A program made the translations under genes and the position numbers. Below the pieces are notes generated by a model, which made no database searches, was not told the DNA's origin, and was given only the letters and a program-made list of their open reading frames with translations. 64,000 nt of DNA, from positions 132,758 to 196,757 of the forward strand of contig CACJBC010000001.1 in assembly GCA_902591565.1 (NCBI GenBank). Reading direction: 5' to 3'. This stretch comes from an uncultured SAR86 cluster bacterium. Lineage in GTDB: Bacteria; Pseudomonadota; Gammaproteobacteria; Magnimaribacterales; D2472. Numbering within the stretch: the first letter of the stretch is position 1; each line of letters begins with the position of its first letter. Positions 32,731 to 46,646 of the stretch are shown piece by piece.

Positions 32731-32920
32731 GATTTCATATTTCATTTCTAAATTTTTAAATCTTATTTGCAAAACTAAAGGCACTTAATAAAAAATCTCT
32801 TTTTATTATTTTAGGAGTAAAGGTTCTTAACAAAGATGTTGGGATTATAAATATATATATGAAATAAAGACTTCATTCTTAATACTTGTTCAGTGTTTGA
32901 TATATAATCATAATTAATTT
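32731..32920 (-). pseudogene. decayed tandem copy of the acyltransferase 5' end and upstream region (period 185 bp)
   Basis: 32731-32920 aligns by eye to 32544-32735; start codon copy at 32876, frameshifted and stops after 21 codons. Confidence 0.85.
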
Positions 32921-33004
32921 TATTATTATAGATTTAATACTACTAAATTATTTATTTATATATTATTAGACATATGTTCCATTTATATGGATTAGGAGAT
33001 TGTT

Positions 33005-34360
33005 TTGACTGCTAAATCAATGGATGAATTAGTTTCGTTATGTAAAAGAAGGGGATTTATTTTTCAGTCCGGTGAAATCTATGGCGGATTGCAAGGCATG
33101 TATGATTATGGGCCTTTAGGAGTAGAACTTAAAAACAACCTTAAGAATGCCTGGTGGTCATCTATGGTCTATGAAAACGATAATATTGAAGGTTTAGATG
33201 CATCTATCTTGTCAAATCCTACAGTTTTAAAATATTCTGGGCATGAAGATACTTTCTCAGATCCAATGGTGGACTGCAAAACATGTAAATCAAGGTTTAG
33301 AGAAGATCAACTGCCTGAAAGTTGCAATAAAGGTAAGTGTGATTTTACTGAAGCACGACAGTTTAACCTTATGTTTAAAACAAATGTTGGTCCAATAGAT
33401 GATGGTACTTCATTTGCCTATTTAAGGCCTGAAACCGCCCAACAAATATTTACAAATTTCAAAAATGTCGTTGATTCATCTTCTAAAACACTTCCATTTG
33501 GTATTGCACAAATAGGTAAAGCATTTAGGAACGAAATAACTCCAAGAAATTTTATTTTTAGGGTAAGAGAATTTGAACAAATGGAGTTGGAATTTTTTGT
33601 TAACCCTGAAACTGATGAAGATTGGCATAAGACATGGGTTAAAAAAAGACTTGATTGGTGGGAAAAACAAGGTGTGCCAAAAGATAGCATCGAACTATAT
33701 GATGTGCCTGATGATGAGTTAGCGCATTACTCAAAAGGTACAATTGATATTATGTACAAATTTCCTCATGGCCTTGAAGAATTGGAGGGCATAGCTAATA
33801 GAACTGATTTTGACTTAGGCTCACATACAAAAAATCAGGATGAACTTAATATATCCGCTAAAGTAATGCCAAATAATAATTCAAATACTAGATTGGCAAT
33901 TCAAGACTTGAGTTCAAAGAAATGGGTGGTTCCATATGTTATAGAACCGTCTGCTGGTGTAGACAGAGGTGTCTTAGCAATTATGAACGAAGCATATAAC
34001 GTTGAAGATTTAGGTGAAGGAAAAGAAAGAATTGTATTAAAACTTAAACCACATCTTTCACCTGTTAAAGCTGCTGTAATACCATTGAAAAAAAATAATG
34101 ATGACTTGGTTAATAAAGCCTCAGAATTAAAAAAAACATTGCAAAAACTTAACCTTGGAAGAATTGTTTTAGAAAATACAGGCAACATTGGTAAAGGGTA
34201 TCGAAGACATGATGAAATTGGTACGCCGCTGTGCATTACCATAGATTTTGAAAGCTTGGACGACAATACAGCTACAGTTAGAGATAGAGACACAATGCAG
34301 CAAGAAAGAGTTTCTATTAATCGTTTACCAGAGTATTTAATACAACGCATAAATGAATAA
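33005..34360 (+). CDS. glyQS: glycine-tRNA ligase, homodimeric alpha2 type
   Basis: [69 protein letters not shown]; TTG start after AGGAG. Confidence 0.94.
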   Translation: MTAKSMDELVSLCKRRGFIFQSGEIYGGLQGMYDYGPLGVELKNNLKNAWWSSMVYENDNIEGLDASILSNPTVLKYSGHEDTFSDPMVDCKTCKSRFREDQLPESCNKGKCDFTEARQFNLMFKTNVGPIDDGTSFAYLRPETAQQIFTNFKNVVDSSSKTLPFGIAQIGKAFRNEITPRNFIFRVREFEQMELEFFVNPETDEDWHKTWVKKRLDWWEKQGVPKDSIELYDVPDDELAHYSKGTIDIMYKFPHGLEELEGIANRTDFDLGSHTKNQDELNISAKVMPNNNSNTRLAIQDLSSKKWVVPYVIEPSAGVDRGVLAIMNEAYNVEDLGEGKERIVLKLKPHLSPVKAAVIPLKKNNDDLVNKASELKKTLQKLNLGRIVLENTGNIGKGYRRHDEIGTPLCITIDFESLDDNTATVRDRDTMQQERVSINRLPEYLIQRINE

Positions 34361-34363
34361 ATA

Positions 34364-38063
<3,700 letters not shown>

Positions 38064-38100
38064 TTAAGCTTATTAAAACTAGAAATTTAATTTTAAGCAA

Positions 38101-39204
38101 TTAAATTAATAAAGGCATTACAACATATTTAAAGTCATCAGAGCCCGGATTTGTAATGAGGCAGCTTTTGTCAGAACCAAAAAAATGTATCTCAACATTT
38201 TCACCATCAATTGAGGATAATATTTCTTGAATGTAATTAACATTAAAAGCAATATCAACACTTTCGCCAACGAATGAACAATCAACACTTTCTTCTGCCT
38301 GTTCTTTTTCTGGATTATTTGCAGATATGTTGATTTGGTTTTCTGAAGTTATTATCCTTACTCCTCTAAATTTTTCACTAGAAAGTACGCTTACTCTACT
38401 AAGGCTTTCTGAGAGATCTTTTTTATTAATTGAGAGGGTTGAGCTTTCTCCACTTGGAATCACTTGCTCATAATCTGGGAACTTACCTTCAATTAATTTG
38501 CTTGAAAAAGTGGTGCCAGCAACATTAACATTAATAGAGTTCGGTGTTAGTTGTAATAAAATGTTTTCGCTACTATCGCTCACAATCTTGCCTATTTCAT
38601 TAATCGATTTTCTTGGGACTATTCCGGTAATTTGTTCTGAAACCCTTTCGTTAAGTAGTGTGGTAGCTAGGGCTAATCTATGCGCATCTGTTGCCACGCT
38701 TGTAATAGCATTGTCCTCAACTGAAATATATAAACCATTTAGATAATGTCTCCAATCTTGATTACCCATAGCAAAAGATGTTTTGTATATCAACGCCTTT
38801 AGGTTTGGTCCTGTTATGTTTACTGTGTTTCCGCCCTCTTCTTTTTCAAAAACAGGAAAATCTTCGCTTGGTAGTGTAGATAAATTATATTTGCCTGAGC
38901 TTGTTTCTATCTTTAGATTTTCTCCATCAAGAAAAAAATGAATTTCATCTCCCTCTTTAAACAATCTACAAAGCTCGCTGAGTTTTTTTGCTGGTGCTGT
39001 TGTTCTTCCTCCACTTTTAAAATTAGATATTGTTGAAATGGTTGAAATTTCTGATTCTAAATCCGTTGCTGTGAGTCTTAAGGTTGATTCATCAACCTCA
39101 AAAAGAACGTTTGCAAGAATTGGGAGGGTTTGACGTTTTTCTACAACCCCAAGTGTTGCGTTAAGAGATGAAACTATCTCTTCTTTTGTAATATAAAAAT
39201 CCAT
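38101..39204 (-). CDS. dnaN: DNA polymerase III beta clamp
   Basis: LPILAN, ATDLE, ATDAHRL, GKFPDY, YVVMP. Confidence 0.97.
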   Translation of the reverse strand: MDFYITKEEIVSSLNATLGVVEKRQTLPILANVLFEVDESTLRLTATDLESEISTISTISNFKSGGRTTAPAKKLSELCRLFKEGDEIHFFLDGENLKIETSSGKYNLSTLPSEDFPVFEKEEGGNTVNITGPNLKALIYKTSFAMGNQDWRHYLNGLYISVEDNAITSVATDAHRLALATTLLNERVSEQITGIVPRKSINEIGKIVSDSSENILLQLTPNSINVNVAGTTFSSKLIEGKFPDYEQVIPSGESSTLSINKKDLSESLSRVSVLSSEKFRGVRIITSENQINISANNPEKEQAEESVDCSFVGESVDIAFNVNYIQEILSSIDGENVEIHFFGSDKSCLITNPGSDDFKYVVMPLLI

Positions 39205-39206
39205 GT

Positions 39207-40502
39207 TTAGTTGGTTAGTGCTCTTGTAAGGTTTCTATAATCCTCTTCATGCGAGGGGCTTTCTTTTCTTAGTTCCGCAATTTTTTTGCAAGCATGCAAA
39301 ACCGTGGTGTGGTCCCTTCCATTAAAAGCTTCGCCTATTTCTGGAAGGCTGTGTCTTGTTAGCTCTTTTGTTAAAGCCATAGCAAGTTGTCTCGGTCTTG
39401 TTATAGAGCGACTTCTTCTTTTAGACAAAAGGTCTGAAAGTTTAATGTTGTAATATTCAGCCACTGTCTTTTGTATATTTTCAATGCTGACCATTTTTGC
39501 AGAAATTACAAAGAGGTCCTTAAGAGCATCTTTAACAAGAGCAAGGTCTATTTCCTGGTTGGTAAACTTTGCATTGGCGACAACTCTCTTAAGGGCGCCT
39601 TCAAGCTCTCTTATGTTTGATCTAATTCTTTGAGCAATATATATTGCACAGTCATTTGGAAGAGAAACACCCATTGAGGATGCTTTTTGTAGAAGTACGG
39701 CAGCTCTTGTTTCAAGTTCAGGTGGATCAATAATTACCGGCAACCCCCAACCAAGTCTTGATTTTAACCTTTCCTCTAAACCATCTATTTCTTTTGGGTA
39801 TTTGTCACAGGTGAGAATCATTTGATTGTTTCTGTCTAATAGGGCGTTGAATGTGTGAAAGAACTCTTCTTGTGATTGCTCTTTTCCTGCAAAAAACTGT
39901 ATGTCATCAATTAGGAGAGCGTCAGCATTTCTATAAAAAGACTTAAACTCATTCATAGCTCCAAGCTGAAGCGCCTTAACCATGTCAGATACAAATTTTT
40001 CTGAATGAACATAGACTATTCTTTTGTTTGGTTCATTTTTTAGGATTTCATTTCCAACAGCATGCATTAGGTGTGTTTTACCAAGGCCAACACCACCATA
40101 AATAAATAGTGGGTTGTAATCGCCTTTAGGGTTTAAAGCAACCTGTTTTGATGCTGCCAAGGCCACATGATTAGATTTACCCTCAACAAAGGTATCAAAA
40201 ATATAAGATGGGACCAACTTGGTGTCTTCAGATTTTTTATCATTGCTGTATTTATCAACAAATGTTTCTTTTGTTAAGGTTTTAAAAACTAAACTTATGT
40301 CCTTTTTTGATTGTGTTTTAATCATTTGCATGATTTCTTTGGAAAGATTTGTTTCTACATAGTTGAGAATAAAATCGTTCGGCGCGGTTATTTCTAGAGT
40401 ATTTTTATTTAAATTGCCTTTAAGGGGTCTAATCCAGGTGTTAAAATCTTCTTGCGAGAGTTTGTTTTCAAGTTTCTCTGAGCATTTATTCCAAAATTCC
40501 AA
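39207..40502 (-). CDS. dnaA: chromosomal replication initiator DnaA
   Basis: NPLFIYGGVGLGKTHL, LIDDIQF, RELEGAL, RDHTTVLHA; TTG start. Confidence 0.98.
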   Translation of the reverse strand: MEFWNKCSEKLENKLSQEDFNTWIRPLKGNLNKNTLEITAPNDFILNYVETNLSKEIMQMIKTQSKKDISLVFKTLTKETFVDKYSNDKKSEDTKLVPSYIFDTFVEGKSNHVALAASKQVALNPKGDYNPLFIYGGVGLGKTHLMHAVGNEILKNEPNKRIVYVHSEKFVSDMVKALQLGAMNEFKSFYRNADALLIDDIQFFAGKEQSQEEFFHTFNALLDRNNQMILTCDKYPKEIDGLEERLKSRLGWGLPVIIDPPELETRAAVLLQKASSMGVSLPNDCAIYIAQRIRSNIRELEGALKRVVANAKFTNQEIDLALVKDALKDLFVISAKMVSIENIQKTVAEYYNIKLSDLLSKRRSRSITRPRQLAMALTKELTRHSLPEIGEAFNGRDHTTVLHACKKIAELRKESPSHEEDYRNLTRALTN

Positions 40503-40578
40503 TCCTAGTTCCTCCTAATAGACAACTAGTCTACGAAAAAACTAACAAGATATCTACAGCATAAGTTAATGAATTTTC

Positions 40579-40598
40579 TGTGGATAACTTGTATATAA
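40579..40598 (-). promoter_or_regulatory. DnaA boxes in dnaA-rpmH intergenic region
   Basis: TGTGGATAA (perfect TTATCCACA on minus, 40579-40587) and TGTATATAA (one mismatch, 40590-40598). Confidence 0.8.
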
Positions 40599-40627
40599 GA
40601 AACTTTTTTTAGTTTTTATAAAATTCT

Positions 40628-40663
40628 ATGAAATCTTTTAATTTATGGGCTATAATGCGCGCC
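40628..40663 (+). promoter_or_regulatory. sigma70 promoter of rpmH with GC-rich discriminator
   Basis: ATGAAA-17 bp-TATAAT followed by GCGCGCC. Confidence 0.6.
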
Positions 40664-40685
40664 TATTTTTTACAGGTAGTAAATT

Positions 40686-40820
40686 ATGAAAAGAACGTTT
40701 CAACCAAGCGCTTTAAAAAGAAGCAGAACTCATGGCTTTAGATCAAGAATGGCTACTAAAGCAGGCAGAGCAATTCTGTCGAATAGAAGAAAAAAAGGCC
40801 GCAAGGTTTTAACCGCCTAG
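40686..40820 (+). CDS. rpmH: 50S ribosomal protein L34 (not in ORF track)
   Basis: Hand translation [44 protein letters not shown]. Confidence 0.98.
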   Translation: MKRTFQPSALKRSRTHGFRSRMATKAGRAILSNRRKKGRKVLTA

Positions 40821-40823
40821 AAC

Positions 40824-41126
40824 TTGCGAACGCCCTCACTTTCAAAACACTTTTACACCTCTAAAAATCTAAGAATCTTTTTTGTTGAAGATGGCAAAAC
40901 AGATTTGCGAATAGTTGTGTCCAAAAAAAATTTTAAACTAGCTGTTACGAGGAATAAAGTTAAAAGAAGGGTGAAAGAAATTTTTAAAAATAATCATCTT
41001 TTTTTTAACAGAGGTTCGTTTGTATTGGTTGCCTATAAACCCTTTTCCGAATTAAGTTTTAAAGAGGCTTCTTTTGAGATAGTTAACGCTGTAAAATCAT
41101 CAGTTCATAATAAGGTTAAAAAATGA
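40824..41126 (+). CDS. rnpA: ribonuclease P protein component (divergent; start uncertain)
   Basis: VSKK..KLAVTRNKVKRRVKE RNR-like motif; between rpmH and yidC. Confidence 0.85.
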   Translation: MRTPSLSKHFYTSKNLRIFFVEDGKTDLRIVVSKKNFKLAVTRNKVKRRVKEIFKNNHLFFNRGSFVLVAYKPFSELSFKEASFEIVNAVKSSVHNKVKK

Positions 41127-42679
41127 ATTTAAGAAAAATTTATCTTGGGGTTATTGTTGTTCTATCTATGGCTTTGTTCTATGAGTGGAACTCAGAAAAC
41201 CAAAAGCTCTCTGAGATAGAGCAACTTAGGGTTGCGGACGTTGAGGCTGCCACCTCTCAAGTTACAAATGACGGTAATTTTGTTTATCTTGAAAATGATG
41301 AATTAAGATTAAAAATATCAACATCCACTGGTTCAATTGTTGAATCTAGGCTTAAAAAGTATGGTGTAGAAAATATTGAGGGTTCCCCAGGGGTAAGGGT
41401 TTTTGGTTCATCAAACAAAAGCGTATTTAGATACTATTTGAAAACCGGTTTTACTGGCAAGGCACCCAATTACACCCTTCACAGCTTTGATAACAGTTCT
41501 GTGGTTTTGAAAACAGAAGACGGGAATCTAACCAAAGAGTTTGCTTTTTTGCCTGAAACATATGAACTATTAATTACAGACTCTTCTTTGCTTGGTTCTT
41601 CTGGGAAGGCTTTTGCTGCGCTTTATAGAACAGAGGGTAGATCTTTAGATCTAAAAACATCTTGGCTTCAGGGTGGAATGATGAATAACAGCTCCTATCA
41701 AGGGGTGGCGTTTAGTACCGACCAAGACCCATATGAAACAACTAGGTTACGAAATATTGATGAGTCGATATCTGTTCTTTCTCGCTCTGGCTGGGTCTCC
41801 TTTATACAAAAATATTTTTTTGCAGCTCTAATTGGCTCAGAGGATAATATTTACAATTTCTTTGCTCATCCTGCTGAGTCTGGTGTATATAGAATGGGGT
41901 ATACCGTTGAAAAAGGAGAGGCGACAAACCTTGTGTATAAACACTCGCACCGCGTGTTTGTTGGGCCAAAAGTTAGAAAGGATTTAGCTGAGAGAACAGA
42001 AAATTTAGAGCTCTCTATAGATATGGGCTGGTTTTGGTTTATATCGCAACCCATGGTTTTGTTTTTAGACCTAATAAACGGTTTTGTTAATAATTGGGCT
42101 CTCTCGATAATAGTTTTCACTTTTATTTTAAAACTTGTGTTGTTTCCTGTTACAGCAAAAGGGTTTGTTTCCATGGGTATGATGAGAAAGGTTGGCCCCA
42201 AGATGAAAGAGCTTCAAGACAGGTTTGGCGATGACAGGCAGAGGCTTTCACAAGAGATGATGAAGTTATACAAAACAGAAAAGGTTAATCCTTTGGGTGG
42301 CTGTTTGCCGATCGTGGCTCAAATGCCTTTTTTTATTGGGTTCTTTTTTGCATTAAGAGAAATGGTTGAGCTAAGGCATGCTTCCATATTTTGGATGTCT
42401 GACCTATCTGTTCCAGACCCTCTTTTTATTCTTCCTGTTCTATTTGGTTTGATTATGTTTTCCACACAAAAACTTAGCCCAGCGCCTCCCTCTCAAGATC
42501 CAATGCAACAACAAATAATTAAATATATGCCTGTTGTTTTCTCTATATTCTTTTTTGTTTTTCCTGCCGCTCTCTGTCTTTATTCTGTAATAAATGCAGG
42601 TGTTTCTCTTGGTCAACAACGATATTTATATAAAAAACATGGTGTTTTAGGTGACGCCCAGGTTGGTGGCGGAGGTTAG
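41123..42679 (+). CDS. yidC: membrane protein insertase YidC
   Basis: DMGWFWFI, NPLGGCLP..QMP, DLSVPDP. Confidence 0.95.
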   Translation: MNLRKIYLGVIVVLSMALFYEWNSENQKLSEIEQLRVADVEAATSQVTNDGNFVYLENDELRLKISTSTGSIVESRLKKYGVENIEGSPGVRVFGSSNKSVFRYYLKTGFTGKAPNYTLHSFDNSSVVLKTEDGNLTKEFAFLPETYELLITDSSLLGSSGKAFAALYRTEGRSLDLKTSWLQGGMMNNSSYQGVAFSTDQDPYETTRLRNIDESISVLSRSGWVSFIQKYFFAALIGSEDNIYNFFAHPAESGVYRMGYTVEKGEATNLVYKHSHRVFVGPKVRKDLAERTENLELSIDMGWFWFISQPMVLFLDLINGFVNNWALSIIVFTFILKLVLFPVTAKGFVSMGMMRKVGPKMKELQDRFGDDRQRLSQEMMKLYKTEKVNPLGGCLPIVAQMPFFIGFFFALREMVELRHASIFWMSDLSVPDPLFILPVLFGLIMFSTQKLSPAPPSQDPMQQQIIKYMPVVFSIFFFVFPAALCLYSVINAGVSLGQQRYLYKKHGVLGDAQVGGGG

Positions 42680-42684
42680 TTTTA

Positions 42685-44001
42685 ATGTCTGTGGTTTTTG
42701 CGCTAGCCACGCCCCCTGCAAAATCGGCAATATGTATCTTTAGAGTAACTGGTCGTGGTTGTCTATCAAAAATTCCTGAGCTTGCTGGCTCTCCCTTAGA
42801 GAAAAATAAAAAGTTTTATTTAAGGACTATTAAAAACAAATCTGGTGATATTGTTGATCGTGTTGGTATTATTTCTTTTAAGGGTCCTGATAGTTATACA
42901 GGAGAGGATTCTTTTGAGGTATATGCTCATGGCGGGCTGGGTGTTATGGCTATGCTGGTTGATGTTTTTAAGTCTCTAGGTTTTGATGAGGCGCCTCCTG
43001 GCGAGTTTACTAAAAGGGCTTTTTTAAATAACAAGATTAGTCTTGCAGAGGCGGAGGCTGTTGTTGATTTAATTGATAGTCATGATCAGGGTGGGGTGGT
43101 TCTATCTTCAAACACCCTTTCGGGTGATTTTACAGAAAAAGTTTTGGGTTTCTCAGATACTATAAACAACCTTCGTGTTAGGGTTGAGGGAGAAATTGAT
43201 TTTTCTGATGAAGGGGAAAGCTTTTTTGATTCATCTCTACCCAATGAGTTATCCCTTCTTGTTGAAAACTTTAAGCTTTTTGTTGGGGGTTGTTTGAATA
43301 AAAAAAATCACTCTGCAAAAAATAAGGTTATGTTTGTAGGTCCTGTAAACTCTGGTAAATCTTCTGTGTTTAATAGGTTGCTTGGTTTTGAGAGAGCTCT
43401 TGTTTCTGAGAAACCTGGCACAACAAGAGACCTTGTTGAGTCTGAAATTTTTTATAATGAGGCTTCTTTTTCTATATCTGATACAGCTGGTTTAAGAGAA
43501 ACAGATGATGTTGTTGAGTCAAAAGGAATGCAATTTGCATTAGAGCAATTAAATAGCGTTGATCTAGTAGTTGGTGTTTTTGACTCTGATGAGGGGTCTA
43601 TATTAGATAGGTTTGCTGAGCTTTCTAACGAAAAAAAATATTTAAAAGTTTATAACAAAACAGATTTGGGCCATGTTGTGAGGGAGGGTGTTTTTGACTG
43701 CATGGTATCAGCTAAAACCGGTGAAGGTTTTGACGGTCTTAAGAAACTTATTTCTAATGCATTTAAATCAGACATTTCTGGAGACTATATGTATTTAGTA
43801 AGAGATAGGCATATTGGGCTTTTTCAATCTTCTATTAATCATCTTGAAAATGCGCTTTTAAAACTTAGTGAGGATGCTGGGCTTGAGCTTATAGCAGAAG
43901 ATTTAAAACTGGCTAGGAGTGATTTAAACGAAATAATGGGTGTCAAAATGTCAGACTCTTTGCTCGGTGATATTTTTAGCTCTTTTTGTATTGGTAAATA
44001 A
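42685..44001 (+). CDS. mnmE: tRNA modification GTPase MnmE
   Basis: SYTGED, GEFTKRAFLN, GTTRD, DTAGLR, FCIGK end. Confidence 0.96.
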   Translation: MSVVFALATPPAKSAICIFRVTGRGCLSKIPELAGSPLEKNKKFYLRTIKNKSGDIVDRVGIISFKGPDSYTGEDSFEVYAHGGLGVMAMLVDVFKSLGFDEAPPGEFTKRAFLNNKISLAEAEAVVDLIDSHDQGGVVLSSNTLSGDFTEKVLGFSDTINNLRVRVEGEIDFSDEGESFFDSSLPNELSLLVENFKLFVGGCLNKKNHSAKNKVMFVGPVNSGKSSVFNRLLGFERALVSEKPGTTRDLVESEIFYNEASFSISDTAGLRETDDVVESKGMQFALEQLNSVDLVVGVFDSDEGSILDRFAELSNEKKYLKVYNKTDLGHVVREGVFDCMVSAKTGEGFDGLKKLISNAFKSDISGDYMYLVRDRHIGLFQSSINHLENALLKLSEDAGLELIAEDLKLARSDLNEIMGVKMSDSLLGDIFSSFCIGK

Positions 44002-44215
44002 GTTGTTATTAAATTGTTAATGTTTTTTAACTCTTTTTTTTATTCACAGGTTGTTGAGAGAGGTGTATCTAGTTTTTTAACAAGGTTAAACATAGTTTCT
44101 TAAGTCATGTTTTTGTTTTAATAAGGGCGCAAAAGGCGCTTATTAACAAATTCTTTAGGCACTAATAGGATTAACAGTAAGTATATAATATAGATATTAT
44201 TGGTTTTATTATTAT
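44002..44215. other. probable oriC (mnmE-mnmG intergenic)
   Basis: AT-rich gap, DnaA box TTATTCACA 44040-44048, near-box TTATTAACA 44140-44148, abrupt switch in strand composition here. Confidence 0.65.
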
Positions 44216-46063
44216 ATGGATAAGTTTGATGTAGTAGTTGTTGGGGGAGGTCATGCTGGGGTGGAGGCAGCATACGCTGTATACAGAAGTGGTCTTTCCT
44301 GCGCACTTGTAACTTTTGAAAAAAGTAAAATTGGTCAGATGTCTTGCAACCCAGCTATAGGAGGTCTTGGTAAATCGCATATAGTTAGAGAGATTGATGC
44401 AATGGGCGGTATTATGCCAATTGCAACAGATATGTCCGGTATTCAATACAGAACCTTGAACACAAGAAAAGGAGATGCTGTTCAAGCCCTAAGGGTCCAG
44501 TGTGATAGAGATCTTTATAAAAAAGCTATTCAAAAGATATTAAACTCAACCAGTATAAATATTTTTGAAGAAGAGGTTGAAGACCTAATTGTTGAACAAA
44601 AATCAGTGAAAGGGGTTTTAACGAAAAATAAAAAAATTTATGGGAAGAAAACGATTCTTACCACTGGCACATTTTTAAACGGGTTAATGTACATAGGATC
44701 AGAGGTTTCTTCTGGTGGAAGGGTTGGCGATGATTCTGCCATTCCTTTATCAAAAAAACTTTACGATTTAAAGCTTCCAATGGGACGACTTAAAACAGGA
44801 ACTCCGGCAAGAGTAAAAATGTCTACTTTAGACTTGTCTGTTATGGAGGAGCAGCCGGGCGAGACACCCACTCCATTTATGTCATTAGCAGGCGAGGTTA
44901 AACAACACCAAGATCAACTATCATGTTTTATAACAAGGACAAACAAAACAACACATCAAATAATATCTGACAACACTCATTTATCTGCGATGTATTCTGG
45001 AAACATCTCAGGAATTGGCCCAAGGTATTGCCCATCCATAGAAGACAAAGTTTTTAAATTTGGACACAAAGAAAGCCACCAAATTTTTATTGAGCCTGAG
45101 GGTATTGGGGTTGATCTTGTATACCCGAATGGAATATCAACAAGCCTACCAAAAAAAGTACAAGAGGATTTTATTCACACAATAAAAGGTATGGAGCAGT
45201 GTGAAATTACAGAATTTGGATACGCTGTTGAATATGACTTTGTTGACCCTAGGACAAATAAAAAAACACTTGAAACCAAATACTTTAATGATTTTTATTT
45301 AGCTGGACAAATTAACGGAACAACCGGGTATGAGGAAGCGGCCGCCCAAGGTCTTGTTGCTGGCCTAAACGCGGCTCAGGCTATTCAAAAAAAACCTGAC
45401 TTTATTCTTCAAAGAGAAGAAGCATATATAGGGGTCTTAATAGATGACCTAACCACACACGGAATAACAGAACCTTATAGAATGTTTACAAGTAGAGCAG
45501 AGCACAGACTTTTACTTTCACAAAATAACGCCGAACAAAGGCTTTTAAGCAAAGCCTTTAAGCTTGGTATTATTCCAGAAGAAAGAAACACAACCTTTGT
45601 AAACAAAGAGAAACAATACGCGGAGTTTGTTAAAACTAGATTAGACAAAACAAAAATATTATCCTTCATAAACAAAGAACAACAAACTGTTTCGCTTGAT
45701 GAAAAAAGAAGCATATCCTCAATCCTGGCAAGACCAGATGTTGACGAAAACAACCTTATTGAACTTAACAAAGAAGAAGAGATTTTTTTTAAAAGGGCAT
45801 CAACAGAAATAAAATATAAAGGATATATAGAAAAACAAACAAGGGAAATAAACAAAAACAAAAAACAGAACAATAAAAAAATACCACCATCAATAAACTA
45901 CAAAAAAATATCAGGGCTTTCCAATGAAGTAGTAGAAAAACTAACAAAATCTCAACCAGAAACAATTGGGTCAGCTTCGCAAATAGAAGGGGTAACACCA
46001 GCCGCAATAAACTTGATTTTGATAAGCATAAAAAAACAAGAGCTGGAAAAACTCAATGCATGA
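44216..46063 (+). CDS. mnmG: tRNA modification enzyme MnmG/GidA
   Basis: GGGHAG.EAA, MSCNPAIGG, GPRYCPSIEDK, GQINGTTGYEEAAAQG. Confidence 0.98.
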   Translation: MDKFDVVVVGGGHAGVEAAYAVYRSGLSCALVTFEKSKIGQMSCNPAIGGLGKSHIVREIDAMGGIMPIATDMSGIQYRTLNTRKGDAVQALRVQCDRDLYKKAIQKILNSTSINIFEEEVEDLIVEQKSVKGVLTKNKKIYGKKTILTTGTFLNGLMYIGSEVSSGGRVGDDSAIPLSKKLYDLKLPMGRLKTGTPARVKMSTLDLSVMEEQPGETPTPFMSLAGEVKQHQDQLSCFITRTNKTTHQIISDNTHLSAMYSGNISGIGPRYCPSIEDKVFKFGHKESHQIFIEPEGIGVDLVYPNGISTSLPKKVQEDFIHTIKGMEQCEITEFGYAVEYDFVDPRTNKKTLETKYFNDFYLAGQINGTTGYEEAAAQGLVAGLNAAQAIQKKPDFILQREEAYIGVLIDDLTTHGITEPYRMFTSRAEHRLLLSQNNAEQRLLSKAFKLGIIPEERNTTFVNKEKQYAEFVKTRLDKTKILSFINKEQQTVSLDEKRSISSILARPDVDENNLIELNKEEEIFFKRASTEIKYKGYIEKQTREINKNKKQNNKKIPPSINYKKISGLSNEVVEKLTKSQPETIGSASQIEGVTPAAINLILISIKKQELEKLNA

Positions 46064-46646
46064 AAAAAACACAGCTGAAGTACAAAAGAAAATTGAACAA
46101 TTTGTAAACGAAGCACTAGCTTTTAACAAAAAACACAATATTTTTGTAAGAGAATCAATCAAAGAGGTTTATGAAAAAGACGTAGATGATTGTTTGCCTG
46201 TTCTGCAAAAAATTAATGACTCAGACAAAATATTAGATCTTGGCTCAGGAGGGGGCTTCCCAGGCATTATTATAGCCATCACCAAACCCCTGTGCGAAAT
46301 TTATCTTTTAGAAAAAAGCAAAAAAAAGTGCTATTTCTTAAACAAAACCATTGACCTTTTGGGGTTAAAAAACGCAAAAGTTTTAAATACAGTTATTAGC
46401 AAAAACAACAACCTTGGTTCATACACCCTTATAACAGCAAGAGCCTTTTCTTCTACCACAAACATACTAGAACTCACACAAAAAAACCTTGACGATGGCG
46501 GCAAATATGTTTTGCTTAAAGGAAAAAAAGAAAAAATAACAGAAGAGCTGGCAACAATAGACACAAACAAATATAAGTATGAAATAATCAAACTAGAAAA
46601 CAAAAAATATGAAAGACACCTATTAGAGATAAGAAAAAATGAATAA
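46056..46646 (+). CDS. rsmG: 16S rRNA m7G527 methyltransferase
   Basis: LDLGSGGGFPG, TARAF; after mnmG. Confidence 0.93.
   Translation: MHEKNTAEVQKKIEQFVNEALAFNKKHNIFVRESIKEVYEKDVDDCLPVLQKINDSDKILDLGSGGGFPGIIIAITKPLCEIYLLEKSKKKCYFLNKTIDLLGLKNAKVLNTVISKNNNLGSYTLITARAFSSTTNILELTQKNLDDGGKYVLLKGKKEKITEELATIDTNKYKYEIIKLENKKYERHLLEIRKNE

Noticed and set aside
43984-44001. SGI1-type island at the mnmE 3' end
   Set aside because: No duplicate of the mnmE end and no integrase; the site appears empty.
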